Assembly: GCA_963732945.1 (NCBI GenBank)
Contig: CAVTBL010000004.1
Span: forward strand, 206,894 to 270,893
From: an uncultured Chloroflexia bacterium
GTDB taxonomy: Bacteria > Chloroflexota > Dehalococcoidia > DSTF01 > WHTK01
Direction of reading: 5' to 3'
DNA: 64,000 bases
Shown here: positions 10,312-21,800 of the stretch, in pieces
Position numbering within the stretch: position 1 is the first letter of the stretch
Layout of the letters: every line of letters begins with the position of its first letter
Notes under the pieces: generated by a model
The model's input: only the letters and a program-made list of their open reading frames with translations
What the model was told of the DNA's origin: nothing
The model's database searches: none
Position numbers and translations under genes: made by a program

Positions 10312-11529
10312 ATGGCAAATTCTGCGAACCAAAATGCGCTCGCCGGTTACGGACGACGGCGACGCGCGCTGAAGCGCCACCAGGCGCGTCAGGGAAACGG
10401 TCCCGAGGGCAAGAAGGGCGGCCTGCCGTTCTGGGCCGGAGCGCTGATCATCATCGGCCTTCTTAGCGTCATCGGCGTGGGCGTGGGCGGCGTCGCGGCC
10501 CTGACGATCTACCACAACTACGCCGACAAGCTGGTCGCCCCGGACGAGCTCGCGATCAACCAGCCCTCGTACGGCGCCAAGATCTACGACCGCAACGGCA
10601 CGCTGCTCTACGAGTACGTCGACGACAAGTCTGGCTTGAGACGGCCCGTCAAGATCGCAGACGTTTCGCCGGCCTTCCTCGCCGCGACGATCGCGACCGA
10701 GGACAACAGCTTCTTCACGAACCCCGGCGTCAACATCCCGGGCCTGGCCCGCGCGGTGCTCGAGAACGCCGGGATCGGCGGCTCCGCCGTGTTCGAGGGC
10801 TCCGGCGGCAGCTCGATCACGCAGCAGCTGGTGAAGAACGTCTACATCCCGGAGGACGAGCGGCAGCAGCGCTCGGTCTCGCGCAAGGTCAAAGAGATCG
10901 TCTACTCGCTGGAGCTGACCAAGGATTACTCGAAGTCGCAGATCCTCGAGTGGTACGTCAACCAGATCAGCTACGGCGGCGTCTACAACGGCGTCGAGGC
11001 GGCGTCGGAGGGTTACTTCGGCAAGCCCGCCAAGGACCTCACGCTCGCCGAAGCCGCGACGCTGGCCGGCATCCCGCAGTCGCCCGCCGCCTACGACCCG
11101 GTGAGCCAGCCCGAGGCCTCCAAGCAACGCCGCAGCGAGGTGCTGGACCTGATGGAGCGTCAGGGCCGCATCCAGATCGGCGAGAACGCCTACTACCAGG
11201 TCGATCCCGCCGAGGTGGCCGCCGCGCGCACCGCCGACGTCCAGGTCGGCGAGCACAGCTTCCAGATCCTGGCGCCGCACTTCGTCCTCAACTACATCGA
11301 GCCTCAGCTACGCACGATGCTGGGTTGCCCGCAGATCGCCGACCTCCAGAAAGAGGTCATCGCGGGTACGCACAGCCCGCTGATCGGGCGGCCCGGCGAA
11401 GGCTGCACGGCGCTGTATACCAAGGGCCTCGTCGTGACCACGACGCTGGATCTCAATCTGCAGAACCAGACGCAGCAGATCATGGAGAGCGCAGATCGAG
11501 AAGTAGGAGGCGCAATCGGGCAGCCATAA
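10312..11529 (+). CDS. class A penicillin-binding protein, glycosyltransferase (GT51) part; first fragment of a frameshifted PBP1A
   Basis: N-terminal TM helix plus transglycosylase motifs (EDNSFFTNPGVN, GGSSITQQLVKN). The ORF ends at an in-frame stop where the +2 frame continues (…SHNGSMMIMDPKTGEIL). Confidence 0.8.
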   Translation: MANSANQNALAGYGRRRRALKRHQARQGNGPEGKKGGLPFWAGALIIIGLLSVIGVGVGGVAALTIYHNYADKLVAPDELAINQPSYGAKIYDRNGTLLYEYVDDKSGLRRPVKIADVSPAFLAATIATEDNSFFTNPGVNIPGLARAVLENAGIGGSAVFEGSGGSSITQQLVKNVYIPEDERQQRSVSRKVKEIVYSLELTKDYSKSQILEWYVNQISYGGVYNGVEAASEGYFGKPAKDLTLAEAATLAGIPQSPAAYDPVSQPEASKQRRSEVLDLMERQGRIQIGENAYYQVDPAEVAAARTADVQVGEHSFQILAPHFVLNYIEPQLRTMLGCPQIADLQKEVIAGTHSPLIGRPGEGCTALYTKGLVVTTTLDLNLQNQTQQIMESADREVGGAIGQP

Positions 11530-11536
11530 CGGCTCG

Positions 11537-12660
11537 ATGATGATCATGGACCCGAAGACCGGCGAGATCCTGGTCATGATCGGCAGCCGCGACTACTTCA
11601 ACGCCGACATCCTCGGCAAGAACAACAACGCGACAGCGTGTAACTCGCCCGGATCGTCGTTCAAGCCGTTCGCCTACATCACGGCCTTCCAGGACCTGGG
11701 CTGGGGCCCCGGCACGATGATCCTTGACGCGCCGGTTACCTACCCAGGCGGCCCCGGTGCGCCGCCCTTCGTTCCCTCCAACCCAACGCATGACTTCTCA
11801 GGCCCGGTGACGGTTCGCTTCTCGCTCGGTAACTCGCTGAACATCCCGGCCGACAAGGCCGCGGCGGCGGTCGGACCGCAGAACATCGTGGTCGAGGCGC
11901 GCAAGCTGGGCTTCGTCGACTCGTTCAGGGTGGACGGCTGCGCGGCGGCGGCAAGCGGCTACGGCCCGGCGATCGCGACCGGCGGCGTCGGCGTCACGCT
12001 GGAAGAGATGATGTACGGCTACTCGACGCTGGCTAACGAGGGCCAGATGCGCGGCCAGGAGCCGCTCAAGCCCCACGACGCCGACGAGCGCCAGGTCGAC
12101 CCCGTTTCGATCCTCAAGGTGACGGACAACAAGAACGAGACGCTGTGGGACTACAATCAGAAGAAGAAGCAGGCCCAGGTCATCGACCCCGGCTACACGT
12201 ATCTAATCTGGAGCATCCTCACCGACGGGTCCGCGGAGTGTAAGACGTTCGGCTGCAGCGGCATTCAGATTCCGGGCTACACGGCCGGCGTGAAGACGGG
12301 CACCAGCCAGCCCTACAACGACGACGACCCGAAGTGTGGCGGCAAGATCGGCGAGACGTGGGCCTTCGGCTACTCGCCGGACCTCGTGGTCGGTATCTGG
12401 GCCGGCAACTCGGACAACAGCTGTGTGCATGACCTCTTCTCCAGCGACCTCGCCTATCACGCCATGGCCAATGCCTTCGCTAACGCCGAGAAGACGCTCG
12501 ACATCAAGCCGACGCCGATGGTCAAGCCCGACGACGTAGTCCAGGGCACCGTTTGCGTACCGTCCGGGCTCAAGCCTACTGCGCTGTGCGGCAAGACCTC
12601 GACCGACCTGTTCGTCAAGAAGGACGTGCCGACCAAGGACGACACCTGGTGGCAGCAACG
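11537..12660 (+). CDS. class A PBP, transpeptidase part (second fragment)
   Basis: transpeptidase motifs (SSFKP, KTGT). The reading frame is lost after ...DDTWWQQ near 12657, where there is one extra c. Confidence 0.75.
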
Positions 12661-12661
12661 T

Positions 12662-13254
12662 CTCGATCGACATCCGCAACGGCAAGCTTGCGGCTCCCAA
12701 CACGCCGCCGCAGCTCATCCAGAAGAAGACGATGCTCGTGGTGCCGAAGGACCAGCAGCAAACCGCCGACGAGAAGAAGGCGTGGTCTGACTGGGCCAAG
12801 GCGCTCGGCGTCGATATGGCGCCGACCGAGGTGAGCGATGGGCAGTTTGCGCCCGGCTCGCCGGTAGCGGTCGACCCGAACTCGCCGGCGATCATCTACT
12901 CGCCGCAGCCCAACACGAAGCTGACCGGCGTCACGCCTATTGTCGGACGTGCGTTCTCGGACAGCATCACGGGCTACCGTCTCGAATACGGGATGGGCAA
13001 CAACCCGACGACATGGACGCAGATCCTCACGGCGCCGTTCTCGGTGCAAGGCGGCACGGTCGGCGTCTGGGACGTGACCAACCTCGATCCCGGCATCTAC
13101 ACGCTACGGCTTGTGGTCGCAGGACTCGAAGAAGGGCGAGCTGACCTACCCGGTCGTGGTCTCGGTCAACCAGGACCCGCCCGCGACGACAGCGACACCC
13201 GACGCCCGCGCCGACGTCAGCGCCGGCTACGGTGGGTCCGCACTAGACCATTAG
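12662..13254 (+). CDS. class A PBP C-terminal extension (third and fourth fragments)
   Basis: continues VSIDIRNGKLAAPNTPPQL... in the shifted frame. A further +1 shift lies near 13125 (LRLVV|DSKKGELTYPVVVSVNQ...). Stop at 13252-13254. Confidence 0.5.
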
Positions 13255-13340
13255 CATGGCGGCGGACTGCGCGGTGGCTTCAGAGAATCCAGCGCGCTCC
13301 GCGTAACCGTCCGACAGCCGCCTGCTAAACAGACGGGCAG

Positions 13341-13723
13341 TCAGGGCAGGCGTGCCAGCGCCGCGTCGAGCTCTCGCGCGCTGCTGAGACCGCCGACGAT
13401 GGCAACGAACTGCCTCAGCGAAGTGCTGCGTTTGCGCAGGTCGTCGATCTTGGGGCCGATCGGGTTGACGGCTGCCGGACTGCCGGCCTCGCCCGCGTAG
13501 AGGTTGAGGAAGGCGAAGTACGCCTGGTTGATCTTGCGGATGTAGTAGCCCTTCGACGCGAGCTCCTGGCGTCTCTGCTCCATCAGCGCCTCCGCCTCGT
13601 CGATCTTGCCCGCGGCCAGCAGCTTGTCGACGTCGCCGCGTAGCTGACGCAGCACCGCGCCGGCGTCTACCTGCGGCGCCGCCGGCTGTGCGGGCTGCGC
13701 GGCCTGCGCGGCCTGCGAGGTCA
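13341..13723 (-). CDS. C-terminal continuation of the HExxH protein
   Basis: open frame continues ...LTSQAAQAAQPAQPAAPQVDAGAVLRQLRGDV... to the stop at 13341. Confidence 0.5.
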
Positions 13724-14650
13724 GGGCGGCTCCGGGAGGGCAGGCCAGCGGGCGAGGACGGCCTGCGCCAACTCATGCCCGACGAGATCGGCCGTCGTCT
13801 CGTTCATCGTCTGGAGGTCGTTGTTCTTGTAGTAGTTGAAGCCCAGCGGCCGGAAGAACAGGTAGTTGTGCGTCCACTCGTGCGCGATCAGCGTCAGCGC
13901 GCTCGCGTAGTCGTCCGGGTAATCGATGATCGTCGGATACGCGCCGAGGCCGCCGAGGGGAAACGCCAGCGCTGAGACGTTCTGCTTCTGCTGCGTTTCG
14001 GTCTCGATCTGCTCCACCTTGCTGAGGCTGAGGTCGGGGCGCAGCAGGCTGGTGCCGGTGAGCTTGATCCGGTTTCGCGGCGAGACCGCCAGCGTGCGCG
14101 GCGCGTCGGCGAACTCGAAGTCGACGGGCGGCCAGACGAGCTCGACGCCGAAGTTGCGCGTCAGCCCCTCCTGCTTGATCACGGCCGTGAGCCGACCCTC
14201 GATCGTTGCTTCGACCTCGTTCTCGAGGTTGTCGCGTTGCTTCTGCTTCGCCGCGAGGCCGGCCGCCATAGCCGCGTCAAGTGATTCGCCGCGCTGGGCA
14301 GCGTCGCTGATCTGGTTCTGAAGCGACTCGATATCGCGGTCGAGTGCGAAGAAGCGCTGGATGTCGGCGTCCTGCTGGGCTTCGCTGCGATGGCTGCGCA
14401 ACGGCCGCCCGATGAGGTAGAGCCACTTGCCGGGGAAGTTCTGAGCTTCCCATGTCACGATGCTGTATTGGTTCGGTCCGGGCTTGATCGACAGCGCGGC
14501 GTCGATGCCCCAGGCGCCGAACAGCGCTGCGAGCACCAGCAAGACCACGATGCCTCTGGCGACGGCGCGTCCGTTGGGCAGATGCTCGCGAATCTGTGCG
14601 ACGCGGCTCGTCATACGTCCACGGTACGTTGCGCTGCTTCGAGCCAGCAA
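13721..14650 (-). CDS. putative HExxH zinc metalloprotease-like membrane protein, N-terminal major part
   Basis: N-terminal TM helix and coiled coil; HEWTHNY motif. The in-frame stop at 13721 looks like a +1 frameshift, since the protein continues in another frame. Confidence 0.6.
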   Translation of the reverse strand: MLARSSATYRGRMTSRVAQIREHLPNGRAVARGIVVLLVLAALFGAWGIDAALSIKPGPNQYSIVTWEAQNFPGKWLYLIGRPLRSHRSEAQQDADIQRFFALDRDIESLQNQISDAAQRGESLDAAMAAGLAAKQKQRDNLENEVEATIEGRLTAVIKQEGLTRNFGVELVWPPVDFEFADAPRTLAVSPRNRIKLTGTSLLRPDLSLSKVEQIETETQQKQNVSALAFPLGGLGAYPTIIDYPDDYASALTLIAHEWTHNYLFFRPLGFNYYKNNDLQTMNETTADLVGHELAQAVLARWPALPEPP

Positions 14651-14686
14651 GGACGGCTGGCACCCCGATGCTATAATCGAGGCGCG

Positions 14687-15301
14687 ATGGCGGAGAGGCT
14701 TGCGGCGCCGGGGATCGCGATTAGCTCCGGCGCGGATTCCCGCTACGCCGAAGCCGATGGCAGGGATGCGTTCGGCTCCCGAGTCCTCGCGTACCTGATC
14801 GATACGGCGGTTCTGTTTGGCTTCGCGACGCTGTTTACAGTGTTCGCCGGCCTCGTCATCCTCGTCGGTACCGGCAGCGGCGGTAAAACAATCTCGGACA
14901 CGCAGGAGTGGTTGTTCTCAGCCATCTTGCTCGCGACGTGGCCGGCCTGGCTCCTGTTCAACTTCATAGTGTGCGGTCGACTCGGGCATACCGTCGGTCA
15001 TTACGTCATGGGTTTGCAGATCATCGATGAGACCGGGCAGGCGCCGCGCTATCGACGCGTGCTGGGTTACCTGGTGACGCTGCACCCGCTGATCTTCCAT
15101 CCCATCCTCGCCGGCCCCTGGATGCTCGTCGCCTTCCTGGGCATCGCGCTGGCGGAGAACGAGCTCGTTCTTATCCTGGCGCTGGCCATGACGCTGCTCT
15201 GCCTCGTCGGACCGCTCGCGAGCTTCGTGTTCGCGCTGGTCGATTCGCAGCGCCGCCCCCTGCACGATCGCGTCTCGGGCCTTCGGGTCGTGCGGCTCTA
15301 G
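14687..15301 (+). CDS. RDD family membrane protein
   Basis: RDD motif (RVLAYLIDTAVL) and several TM helices. ATG at 14687 with a TATAAT box 10 nt upstream, so possibly leaderless. Confidence 0.7.
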   Translation: MAERLAAPGIAISSGADSRYAEADGRDAFGSRVLAYLIDTAVLFGFATLFTVFAGLVILVGTGSGGKTISDTQEWLFSAILLATWPAWLLFNFIVCGRLGHTVGHYVMGLQIIDETGQAPRYRRVLGYLVTLHPLIFHPILAGPWMLVAFLGIALAENELVLILALAMTLLCLVGPLASFVFALVDSQRRPLHDRVSGLRVVRL

Positions 15302-15306
15302 GCGCC

Positions 15307-16128
15307 GTGCGAGGATCGTCTGCCGGCCTCATCACCGCCCTGCTCACCGTAGTCACCCTGTTCGCGCTGGCGGGCTACCAGATCACGAGTGCAACGGCCG
15401 GCGTCCGCTTCGAGGGACGGCTCGGATCGGCCCTGATCGAGCTCGACCGCTGGCTGCCGACCCATCGCGAGGACCTCAGCCTGCTGTCGCGTGACCGCCC
15501 CAACACACCGCTGACTCTGCCCGACGTGCCGATCGACGTCACGATCCCGGCAGACCAGATCTCAAACGCGAGCGATCAGCAGCTCGAAGCCACGATCATG
15601 CATGCGATGGGCGCTGTGCTGTATCGCGACGGGTCCGGCGCGGTGCACGACGAGCTGGGCAAATCGCACCTCAGCGTCACCGACCCGGTGCGCTGGGCGA
15701 TCAACCTCACGGGCTCGGGCGCGCACTCCTTCTGGCGCACCGTTCTGTTCATTACCGGGCTGATCCTGCTCGCCGTGTGCGTGGCGCAGCTGTACGCGCG
15801 TCATTCGCCGCTGCCGGGCCTTGCCGTTGGCGGCGGCGTTGCGGCGATTGGGGCGCTGCTGATCTGGATCGCGGCGCACTTCCTCCATGCCTCGCTGAGC
15901 AGCGTCGTGGATAAGGAGATCGCGCTCATCCTGCGCGACGGCGCCTGGCTCGGTCTGCGTAACGCTCTCGCAGTCACCGTGATCGCACTCTCGGCTTTGT
16001 ACCTGACGGGCGTGTTCGCGCGTCGCGAAGAAGAGCCTCATCGAAGCTGGTACGACGACGAGCCGGACTACGACGCCTACGAGCCGTTCGACCCGCGAGA
16101 GCCGCCGCAAGACGCGCCTCATTACTAA
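15307..16128 (+). CDS. hypothetical integral membrane protein
   Basis: 273-aa ORF with 4-5 TM helices and an acidic C-terminus. Confidence 0.5.
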   Translation: MRGSSAGLITALLTVVTLFALAGYQITSATAGVRFEGRLGSALIELDRWLPTHREDLSLLSRDRPNTPLTLPDVPIDVTIPADQISNASDQQLEATIMHAMGAVLYRDGSGAVHDELGKSHLSVTDPVRWAINLTGSGAHSFWRTVLFITGLILLAVCVAQLYARHSPLPGLAVGGGVAAIGALLIWIAAHFLHASLSSVVDKEIALILRDGAWLGLRNALAVTVIALSALYLTGVFARREEEPHRSWYDDEPDYDAYEPFDPREPPQDAPHY

Positions 16129-16141
16129 GCCGTCCTGACTC

Positions 16142-16997
16142 ATGGCACGAACCGGCCGCACCGCCTTTATCCGTGGCTGGATCGGCGCCTGTCACCCGTA
16201 CCCGCTGGCGATGGTGATGGCTCTCACGGCGCTGATCGGGGTGGCATCGGCGGGCGGCAGTCCAGACCTGGGGCGCTTATTGCGTGTCCTGCTCGCCATG
16301 TTCTACTCGCAGCTCGCAATCGGCTGGAGCAACGACTACCTGGACCGCGAGTCCGACGCCGTGTATCAGCCATCGAAGCCCATCCCGTCAGGGCTCGTCG
16401 ATCCGCGTCTGCTCCGAGTTGCGGTCGTCGTAGCGCTGCTCGGTGCAGTTGGCGAGGGCGTTTCTCTGGGGCTCGTGCCGTTCTTGCTGCTGGTCATCGG
16501 TACCGCTGCGGGGCTCGTCTACAACCTGGGGCTCAAGGACACGCGGCTCAGCGCCCTGCCGTTCATCGTCGCCTTTGCGGCGCTGCCACCTTTCGTCTGG
16601 AGCGCCCTCGACGTCTACCGCGGCGACTTCCTGCTGCTGTACCCGATCGGCGGCGCCGCTGGCCGTTGCGGCCCATTTCGCCAACCTGCTGCCGGACCTC
16701 GAGACGGACACGGCGGCGGGCCGGCGCAATGCCGTCGTGGTGCTGGGACGCGGACGGACGCTGGCCGGCATTTTCGTTGCGTTGCTGGCGCCCTTCGTCG
16801 CGCTCGATACGAGCCTGATCTGGCTGCACTACGACACGACGTTGCTGGTCGCCACACTCATCGCCTACGTGACGCTGATCGTCGTCGTAGGCTTCGTTTA
16901 CGCTCGCGCGGGCAGTCGCGCCGCCTATGTGTGGGCGTTTCGCCTGGTCGCGCTGGCGTCGGTGCTGTTCGCGGGCGGCTGGCTGGCAGCGGTGTGA
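16142..16997 (+). CDS. UbiA-family prenyltransferase, interrupted by an apparent +1 frameshift near 16650
   Basis: Asp-rich motif NDYLDRESD. N-terminal frame ends ...YPIGGAA; the C-terminal part (LAVAAHFANLLPDLETD...) continues in the frame of ORF 16443..16997. Confidence 0.7.
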
Positions 16998-17045
16998 CGT
17001 AGAATCGACGACGCAACCCGGGACGAAGCCAGAAAGGAGCGACGC

Positions 17046-18083
17046 GTGGAGATCGGCATCGGACTCGACCCAACCCTGGGTCTCGACTACGAGCAGCAGG
17101 CGCAGATTTCGTCCGAAGCGGCGGGGCTGGGCTACCAGCAGGTCTGGACGCCGGCCGGCTCCGGCGAGGACTCGTTCCATCTCTGTCACCTGCGCTGGGC
17201 GGCAACACGCGACGTCGTCGCCGGCGGCCTGACGACCGGTATCGGCGTCTTCCCGGTCGGCGTGCAGAGCCCGTTCGGCTTCGCCGCCAGCGCCGGTACG
17301 CTGAGCAAGATTACGGGCGGGCGCTTCATCCTCGGCATCGGCAGCGGCCAGGCCGACCTGCCGAACTACCGGCGCACCTGGGGCCTGCGTGGCACCTCAA
17401 CGATCGCCCTGATGCGCGACTACCTGACGACAATTCGCACGCTGCTGCGCGGCGAAGCCGTCGACTACGAGGGCGACAACGTCTCGCTGCACGGCGCCCG
17501 ACTCGGGATCAACCCGCCGCAGCAGACGCCGGTCTACCTGGGCGCGCTGGGGCCGCAGATGCTGCGACTCGGCGGCGAGTGCGCCGACGGCCTCTGCCTC
17601 AACTGGTGCACATCCGAGCAGGTGGCGCGGAGCCGCGAGCTTGTCGCCGAGGGCGCCGCGCGCGCCGGCCGCGACCCCTCCGAGGTGAAGATGGCCGAGT
17701 ACATCCGCGTCTGCGTCGACGAGGACGAGGACGTTGCGCGCCGCGCCTACGCCCGCGCGATGATGTTCTACGCTGTCGGCAACGCACCGCCGGGGACGCC
17801 CGCGCGCAGCTATCGCGCCAACTTCGAGCGCATGGGCTTCGCCGACGACCTGGCGCGCATCGACGACATGCGCCGCCGCAACGCGCCTCAGGACGAGATC
17901 GTCGACGCGATCCCGGCGGCGCTGTGCCTGGCGGTCGGTTACTTCGGCAAACCGGCCGGTGCGGCGGCGCACTTCCGCAAGCTCGCACAGGGCCTCGATA
18001 TCGCGATGGTCCGCGTCGTCAACGCCCGCCCCGGCATCGACTCGACGCGCGCCGTGATGCAGGCCTGCGCTCCGGGCGCTTGA
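17046..18083 (+). CDS. LLM-class F420-dependent oxidoreductase (luciferase-like monooxygenase family)
   Basis: LLM fold motifs; GTG start with AAAGGAG SD. Confidence 0.8.
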   Translation: MEIGIGLDPTLGLDYEQQAQISSEAAGLGYQQVWTPAGSGEDSFHLCHLRWAATRDVVAGGLTTGIGVFPVGVQSPFGFAASAGTLSKITGGRFILGIGSGQADLPNYRRTWGLRGTSTIALMRDYLTTIRTLLRGEAVDYEGDNVSLHGARLGINPPQQTPVYLGALGPQMLRLGGECADGLCLNWCTSEQVARSRELVAEGAARAGRDPSEVKMAEYIRVCVDEDEDVARRAYARAMMFYAVGNAPPGTPARSYRANFERMGFADDLARIDDMRRRNAPQDEIVDAIPAALCLAVGYFGKPAGAAAHFRKLAQGLDIAMVRVVNARPGIDSTRAVMQACAPGA

Positions 18084-18127
18084 GCGCCTTACGCGTCTGC
18101 CTTACCATTGTGTAAGGAGGGTGTGTA

Positions 18128-18370
18128 ATGGAGCGGAAGACGCGCATGAGGGCACACATCACTAGCAAGTGCCAGATCACGATCCCGAAAGAACTGCGCG
18201 AGGAGCTCGGCCTCAAGCCCGGCGACGACATCGAGTTCGTGCGCGAGGATGGTGCGTTCAAAATAGTGCGGCCTGTGACGGAGTCACCGTTCACGAAATA
18301 CAAGGGCTATCTGAAGCACCTTCGTGGCAAAGACGTAGATGAGATGATCGAGGAGATGCGTGGACGGTGA
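18128..18370 (+). CDS. vapB: AbrB/MazE/SpoVT-type antitoxin (VapB-like)
   Basis: swapped-hairpin AbrB-like N-terminus (ITSKCQITIPKELREELGLKPGDDIEF); AAGGAGG SD. Confidence 0.75.
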   Translation: MERKTRMRAHITSKCQITIPKELREELGLKPGDDIEFVREDGAFKIVRPVTESPFTKYKGYLKHLRGKDVDEMIEEMRGR

Positions 18371-18834
18371 TCACCGCCGTCGACACAAACATACTCCTCG
18401 ATCTCGTCACACCCGATGCACCCCACGCCGATGAGTCAGATCGTGCTCTAGCAGAGGCATGGAATCAGGGCAGCATTGTCATTAGCGAGGTGACCTACGC
18501 GGAGCTCGCCGTGCGGTTCGACGCCAAGGAATGGCTCGACGCGTTCCTCGGAGACACTCGAACGGAACTCAGCTTGTCTGACGATGCGACATTGTTCAGC
18601 GCTGGTAAGGCATGGATGACCTACCTTCGACGCCGTCCCGATGGTCTGGTCTGCCCGCAATGTGGTACGGCGAACCCGACCGCCTGCATCAACTGCGGCA
18701 TCAACCTGCGCCCGCGACAGCACGTCCTGGCCGACTTCATGATCGGCGCCCACGCTCTGCATCACGCCGATCAGCTGCTCACGCGCGATCGCGGCTTCTA
18801 CGGCAGCTATTTCCCAGAGCTCAGGCTGGCGTAG
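18367..18834 (+). CDS. vapC: PIN-domain toxin (VapC-like) with a C4 zinc-ribbon insertion
   Basis: PIN motifs (AVDTNILLD...LLTRDRGFY). GTGA start/stop overlap with vapB. Inserted CPQCGTANPTACINCG. Confidence 0.75.
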   Translation: MITAVDTNILLDLVTPDAPHADESDRALAEAWNQGSIVISEVTYAELAVRFDAKEWLDAFLGDTRTELSLSDDATLFSAGKAWMTYLRRRPDGLVCPQCGTANPTACINCGINLRPRQHVLADFMIGAHALHHADQLLTRDRGFYGSYFPELRLA

Positions 18835-21800
18835 CTTCTGCCGCCAGGCGCTGCAGCGCCGCGTCGCGTAACGACGCCGGGTCCGGCATCGCGACCTCCC
18901 GGTCGGCGGAGACGAAGACGTAGGTGACGCGCGAGACGCTGCGGCCGGTCGCGGCCTCGATCCCGAGCACGTAGACGCCGGCCTGCAGCTCGTATTCGCG
19001 CAGGCGGGCCTCGACCGCGTTCGGCGCGATATGGTCCGTCTTCCAGTCGACGATCTCGATGCCGTCGTCGCTCTCGATCAGCAGGTCAACGTAGCCTTCG
19101 AGGATGACGCCGTCGCGCGCCAGGGCGAACGGTACCTCTCGCAGCGCCCGGTTCGCGCCTCGCGCCCGCCGCGCTGCGCCGGTCGAAAGGGCGGCGCGAA
19201 TCAGCTGCGCGGCCTCTTCGGCGCGCTGCGGAACCGCTTCAGCGACGGACTGGGCGTTTGCGACGGCCACGATTGCCGCGTCGTCCGCGTCCCAGGGCAG
19301 GCTCTGCAGCGCTGCGTGCACGGCGCGGCCGAGGTGGGTGCCGGCGCGTCCGCGAGACCACGGCTCCGTCTCGTCCTCGCGCTCCTCCTGCTCCGGCTCC
19401 GCGCCGTGGCGGCCGAGGGCGGTGGCGCTCGTGTAGCGCTGCAGCCTCGCGCTCGTGACCAGGGCGGCGCGCTCGAGCTCGAAGGCGTCTTCGTCGAGGT
19501 CGGAGGCTTCGATGTCGAGTGTGGCGAAGGGGCTCGCGGGCGCCGCGATCGCGAGATCGACTGGCGGCAGCGGTTCGGCGTGCTCGCGGGCGCCGTGCAG
19601 GATCAGCTTCGCGGCGGCACAGTAGGTAGTGCCGTCTTTATGGAACAACGACACGATAAGGTGGTCGCGGGCGCGCGTTGTCGCGACGTAGAGCAGGCGA
19701 TCGCGCTCGGCGTCGGCGTGGAGGCGCTCGTGCTGGTTGACGTCCTCGACCGGTCCGAGGCGGAACACGGCGTTGCGCGACACGGCGCCGACGCGCACCG
19801 CGATGCGGTCGGTGTCGAGGTCGTGCCCGAAGATCGGCGTGTCGGCGCGCGGCGGCGTGCCGAGGCCCATGAGGAAAACGATAGGGAACTCGAGGCCCTT
19901 GGCGGCGTGAATCGTCAGCACGCGCACGGCGTCCTCGTCGTCGTCCAGGCCGGCGCCCTCGTGGTCGAGGATGGCGTCGCCGGCGCGGCGCTCCAGCCAC
20001 TCGACCAGGGCTCGTAGACTCTCGGGGCCGCCGGCTTCGAAGCTGCGGGCCTGCTCGACCAGGAAGCGGGCACGGCGGAAGGCGTTGCGGTTGCCCGAAT
20101 CGACGAGCCCGATCTCGACCAGGCGTCGCGCGGCGATGAAGCGCTCGACCAGCGACGCCAGGGGACGGACGCGGCGCTCGGCGTGCCAGCCGCGCAGGTC
20201 ACGCAGCGCCTCGGCGACGCGACCATGCTCCGCATCGAGCTGGGGCCAGAGGTAGTTGAACGAGCCACCCTCGCGCCGGTAGCGCGCGATCTCGACGTCG
20301 GAGCAGGCGTAGGCCGGGCTGCGCAGCGCCGCGACCACGGCGACGTCGTCGCTGGGGTCGTCGATAGCTGTGAGGCAGTTGATCAGGTCGCGCACTTCCT
20401 GCGTGGCGTAGACCAGGCTGCCGCCCTCGACACGATACGGGATGCCTTCGGCGGCGAGGGCGCGCTCCAGCGGCGGCAGGCTGGTGCGCGCCGGTAGCAG
20501 CACCGCGATGTCGCCGTAGCGCGCCGGGCGCACGCTGCCGTCCCGGCCGGCGACCTGCCAGCCCTGCGCGACGGCATCGCGGCAGTGCGCGGCGATGTGT
20601 CGCGCTTCGAGCTGGCGCACCTGCGACGCGGCGATCGGAAGCGCCTCGCCGATCCACGACACCGCCGGGCCCGCGAGGTCGTCGTGGCGAAACGGCCCGA
20701 TGTCCTTGTACGGCGGCTGCACCTCTTCGTTGAGGCCGGGGCCGATGACGCCGCGAAATACCGCGTTGACCCAGTCGAGCACGCCCGGCTGCGAACGACG
20801 GTTCAGCGACAGGTCGATCTGGCGCGCGCCGGCGTCTTCCAGCGTCTGCTTGGCGCCGGCGTAAAACGCCATGTCGGCGCCACGGAAGCGGTAGATCGAC
20901 TGCTTGGGGTCGCCGACCACGAACAGGCGTCCCGGCTCCGGGAGGCCGTTCTCCGTGTTGGTCGCGAACGCGAGCGCGATGTCGGCCTGCAGCGGGTCCG
21001 TGTCCTGGAACTCGTCGATCAGGATGGTGTCGAATCGCTGACGCAGGTCGATGCGCGCGTCGCGGTCGTTGAGCAGGGCGTCGCGCACGCGCAGGATCAG
21101 GTCGTCGAACACGAGACGGCCCTCGCGCGCCCGCGCCCGCGTCTCCTCGATGACGAAGCTCACGACCAGCGGCAGCACGTCGGCCAGGGCACGAGAGCGC
21201 AACGCGTCCAGCGTTGCCTGCAGGTCGCTGACAATTTTGAGCCCGACCGCCCTCGCATCCTCGAGCCTGTCCTTGCCGCCCCAGTTGGGTTGACGCCCGT
21301 TCTTCATCTGCGGCGCCTTGCTCATCAGCGCGACGAGACGAGCGTCTCGTTCCTCACGCGGCGTCGCGATCAGGTCCTCGAGCATGTCGCGCGCCTGGCG
21401 CAACTGCTTCAGCAGCCGGTCGTCGTCGGGCACGTGCGACATAGGCAACGAAACGAGGTCTTCGCGCAGGGCGTGCAGGTCCGGCCACGCGGCGTCGTCC
21501 GGTGCGGTCAGCGGGTCGGCGCGCAGCTTGTCGGCGAGCTCGGAGTGCGACCACAGGGCGTGCGCCAGCGTCTGCAGGTTGCGTGTGTTCAGCCCGAGGT
21601 CGAGCACGCGCCCGACCGCATCGATGGCGTCGCGGTCGCTGCCGAGGCCGTCGAGATAGCGCCGCCAGCGTTCCTCGAAGCGTCGCTCCGCCGCCACAGC
21701 GTCCTCGACCTCGAACGCGGGGTCGATGCCCGCGCGCACGGCCAGCGAGCGCAGCAGCATCTGCCCGAAGGCGTGGATCGTCGAGATCTGCGCCCGGTCG